In this document: positions 30,012 to 32,201 of the stretch, in pieces
Position numbering within the stretch: position 1 is the first letter of the stretch
How the letters are laid out: each line of letters opens with the position of its first letter
From: an uncultured Candidatus Saccharibacteria bacterium
GTDB lineage: Bacteria > Patescibacteriota > Minisyncoccia > Minisyncoccales > Staskawiczbacteraceae
Direction: 5' to 3'
Length of the DNA: 32,201 bases
Assembly (NCBI GenBank): GCA_964453095.1
Contig: CAYVRE010000002.1
Coordinates: 1 to 32,201 of the forward strand
Notes under the pieces: model-generated
Told to the model about the DNA's origin: nothing
What the model saw: the letters and a program-made list of their open reading frames with translations, nothing else
Database searches by the model: none
Position numbers and translations under genes: made by a program

Positions 30012-30386
30012 TTAATCTTTTACGTTTAATTTGCTTTTTACTCTCTTGACCACTTCGTCGAGGGACCAGTCGGATTTAACCAGATAATCATAGGCTCCTT
30101 TCTCCAGAAATTCAGCCACGTTCTTTTCGCTGGTCAGATTGGTCAGAACAATTATATCCACATTCTTGCCCCATTCATCGGCCCTCAATTTTTCAGTCAT
30201 CTCCATGCCGTTCATAATCGGCATCATAATATCCATCAGAATCAAATCCGGATGGGCTTTTAAAGCCAAATCCAGGCCTTCCTGGCCGTTGGATGCCCCC
30301 AGCACCTCAAACCCCTGGGCAGTAAGCTCATCTCGCATCAGGTTTAATAATACTTTATCGTCTTCTGCAATCAATATCTTTTTCAT
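30012..30386 (-). CDS. Response regulator, receiver domain only
   Basis: Start taken at MKKILIAEDDKV (ATG 30386). The track extension to 30551 overlaps rnhA. Phospho-acceptor context LILMDIMMPIMNG, then VLTN and YLVKS. Confidence 0.9.
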   Translation of the reverse strand: MKKILIAEDDKVLLNLMRDELTAQGFEVLGASNGQEGLDLALKAHPDLILMDIMMPIMNGMEMTEKLRADEWGKNVDIIVLTNLTSEKNVAEFLEKGAYDYLVKSDWSLDEVVKRVKSKLNVKD

Positions 30387-30438
30387 ATATTTTTTAATTA
30401 TATTAATATATTTATTAATATTACCATAAAACAAAACA

Positions 30439-30882
30439 TCAAAACAACGGCCTGGCGCCTGTTTGCGCATCCAGCGCTTCATTGACCAGCCGGTCAGCCT
30501 CCTTATTCCTTTCCCGCGGAGTGTGTTTGAACTTGACTGACTTGAAGTCAAACTTCAAATTCCAGATCTCTATAAAAAACCTCTGAATCTTGGGATCCTG
30601 CAATCGGTATTCTCCGTTAAGCTGTTTGACCACCAATTCAGAATCAGCCCGTATCTCCACATCCGATGTTACGGCTATGGCTTTGCCAAATACGGCTTTG
30701 AATTTCTTCAGAGCAAAGATAACAGCTTGGTATTCAGCATCGTTGTTTGTAAGGCCATCCCCCAGATATTCCCCGTATTTTTTAATCACCTGCTCTCTCT
30801 CGTTGCAAAAAACAACTCCGATGGCCGCCTTGCCGGGATTTCCTCTGGAACCGCCATCTGTGTAGATAATAATCTTTTTCAT
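30439..30882 (-). CDS. rnhA: Ribonuclease HI
   Basis: 147 aa. IYTDGGSRGNPGKAAIGVV (first catalytic Asp), NNDAEYQAVIFAL (Glu), SDSELVVKQL (Asp), and C-terminal NKEADRLVNEAL. Confidence 0.88.
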   Translation of the reverse strand: MKKIIIYTDGGSRGNPGKAAIGVVFCNEREQVIKKYGEYLGDGLTNNDAEYQAVIFALKKFKAVFGKAIAVTSDVEIRADSELVVKQLNGEYRLQDPKIQRFFIEIWNLKFDFKSVKFKHTPRERNKEADRLVNEALDAQTGARPLF

Positions 30883-30888
30883 TAAACT

Positions 30889-31920
30889 TTATTTAATAAT
30901 ATTAAGGAAGGCATCTCTTATACTGGCCAGGAATGAACTCTCCTTTATGTTCTGCGTTGTTTCTATAAAAACAACCGGGTCAACTCTCGAGCTTCCGGCT
31001 CTTATTGAAAAATGCAGATGCGGAGCTGTGGAATAGCCGGTATCCCCTGACAGCCCTATCACTTGGCCCTTTTTTACCATATCACCTTCGGCAACCTTGA
31101 ATTCATCAAGGTGGAGGTAAAGCGAGAATATATACAGGCCATGGTCTATGATAACGGTTTTGCCGCCGTTAGACAAATTAAGTATTGCCGCAACCTTGCC
31201 GTCGTTGATGGAATAAATGTCTGTTTTCTCAACAGCCCTGAGGTCAACTCCGAGGTGCTGGAGCGTGGACCCGGCAAAGGATATATACCGTCCGAAGCCA
31301 TAGCCGCTGATTTCCATCTTGCTTAAAGGAAAGGAAAAGGATTCTTTGAAATACGGCTCCGGAGTAAATTTGCTGAGAACCTTTTTCAAAGCCGGGCTGT
31401 CATTCTCTGATATATTCTCAATAGCTATCTTATTGGTATAGCCTTTGTCTGTAAGATTAGGGGCCTTAGCCGCCGGAGCAGAGGAAAAATCAGCTAATTC
31501 CACTTTGATTGCCTGCGTGAATGATTCTGTTTCAGAGGCATCCACAGATATGCTATAACTGCCCGGCTTTTGGCCGGCGTCAATTCCTAAAAGAGCTATC
31601 CATTCCTTTGAATCGCCTTTTCTATAAAAAACCAGATGTTCATCTCCGAACTTGCCTGTTACATTGTCTGTCGCGCCTTTGACCCTGATTAAAACCGTAT
31701 CGCCCTGCTTTACCTTTTCAGGAGAAACAGACAAACTTGCGGGCTCTTGGTTAAAAGAGATATATATGAAAAAGGCCGCCACGGCTGCCAGACAAACAAC
31801 CACCAGCCCTCCAATCACATACAAAACCACCGGAATCTTTTTCTTATTCTTTTTAGCTTTTTTGCCTGTCTCAGCTTTTTTCTTTTTATGTGTTTTCTTC
31901 CTGGCCATAGTATATTTCAT
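30889..31920 (-). CDS. M23 (LytM-type) metallopeptidase with Lys-rich N-terminus and TM anchor
   Basis: HLGVDLRA (H...D) and GDTGYSTAPHLHFSI (H.H). N-terminal KKTHKKKKAETGKKAKKNKKK followed by a TM helix. The true start is possibly ATG 31908, because the first ATG overlaps an extended -10 element. Confidence 0.9.
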   Translation of the reverse strand: MKYTMARKKTHKKKKAETGKKAKKNKKKIPVVLYVIGGLVVVCLAAVAAFFIYISFNQEPASLSVSPEKVKQGDTVLIRVKGATDNVTGKFGDEHLVFYRKGDSKEWIALLGIDAGQKPGSYSISVDASETESFTQAIKVELADFSSAPAAKAPNLTDKGYTNKIAIENISENDSPALKKVLSKFTPEPYFKESFSFPLSKMEISGYGFGRYISFAGSTLQHLGVDLRAVEKTDIYSINDGKVAAILNLSNGGKTVIIDHGLYIFSLYLHLDEFKVAEGDMVKKGQVIGLSGDTGYSTAPHLHFSIRAGSSRVDPVVFIETTQNIKESSFLASIRDAFLNIIK

Positions 31921-31925
31921 TCTAC

Positions 31926-31957
31926 CAAAAAATCGCCGGTTAGGCGATTTTGTTATT
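31926..31957 (-). terminator. Terminator after the YwbE-like gene, fused to an extended -10 element
   Basis: Minus strand reads ATCGCC-TAACC-GGCGAT, then TTTTTT, then GGTAGAAT. TGGTAGAAT spans 31927..31919. Confidence 0.75.
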
Positions 31958-31961
31958 TAAT

Positions 31962-32201
31962 CTAAGTCAAACCTTCCTGGTATTCAACTCCGTTGATCTT
32001 GGGGAATGACGGATATATCTTCTGCACCCTGCCGACCTGGCCGTCTTCCAGGCGCACCTTGACTCCGCGCGGATGAAAGCTGTCGCCGGTTAAGATATCC
32101 TTCACCTTTCCTCGGGTAAGCTTGCCGGTGGGCTGGTCCTTCTTCAATACTATATCCACTTCCCCTCCTATTTTAATATTACTCCTAGTCTTTCCGTCCA
32201 T
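31962..32201 (-). CDS. YwbE/DUF2196 family small protein
   Basis: 79 aa. GGEVDIVLKKDQPTGKLTRGKVKDILTGDSFHPRGVKVRLEDGQVGRVQKI matches the YwbE pattern (V.IV.K.DQ.TG.LT.G.VKDILT.S..HP.GIKVRL..G.VGRVQ). The ATG sits at the last 3 nt of the window. Confidence 0.8.
   Translation of the reverse strand: MDGKTRSNIKIGGEVDIVLKKDQPTGKLTRGKVKDILTGDSFHPRGVKVRLEDGQVGRVQKIYPSFPKINGVEYQEGLT

Noticed and set aside
30387-30551. N-terminal 55-codon extension of the response-regulator ORF (track ORF 30012..30551)
   Set aside because: It overlaps the 3' end of rnhA in another frame. The receiver domain begins at MKKILIAEDD (ATG 30386), as in other CheY-like proteins.
1-32201. Possibility of an alternative genetic code (for example UGA recoding as in some CPR lineages)
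   Set aside because: All recognisable housekeeping genes are full length and contiguous under the standard bacterial code. TGA also appears to function as a stop, for example at 3265..3263 at the end of the P-loop protein gene.

Overview
Gene-dense window, almost entirely transcribed on the minus strand, from a small-genome bacterium. The gene content suggests Candidate Phyla Radiation/Patescibacteria (inference only): secE-nusG-rplK with no rplA following, Lys-rich N-terminal tails, tRNAs without encoded CCA, nuclease genes among tRNAs, receiver-only response regulators and many small membrane proteins. Recognisable housekeeping genes: rplK, nusG, secE, gyrB, a single-chain PheRS, lepA, murJ, RNase P RNA (+ strand), RNase HI, an ABC-F ATPase, a P2-type cation ATPase, an SPFH protein, a SufS-like desulfurase with a rhodanese, an ArsM-like methyltransferase, an M23 peptidase, two histidine kinase/receiver clusters and three tRNAs. 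Most worth a second look: (1) a self-contained cassette at 2029-4440 with a P-loop nucleoside/nucleotide-kinase-like protein tightly coupled to a divergent inositol-monophosphatase-fold protein, preceded by a separately transcribed tiny acidic protein. I cannot match it to any pathway or named system. (2) A tRNA array at 20210-21350 whose two spacers are completely filled by a GIY-YIG and a LAGLIDADG nuclease gene, each using a stop codon that lies inside the downstream tRNA. This resembles tRNA-punctuated mRNA processing. (3) Two atypical tRNA(CAT) genes. (4) A mitochondrial-type monomeric PheRS (PheS core fused to an FDX-ACB domain). (5) A promoter-to-terminator candidate small RNA between lepA and a 160-aa orphan gene. 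(6) A secreted protein with four near-identical Cys/Trp repeats. All family assignments come from motif recognition by eye; no searches were run. No CRISPR array, rRNA or intact transposon was seen.
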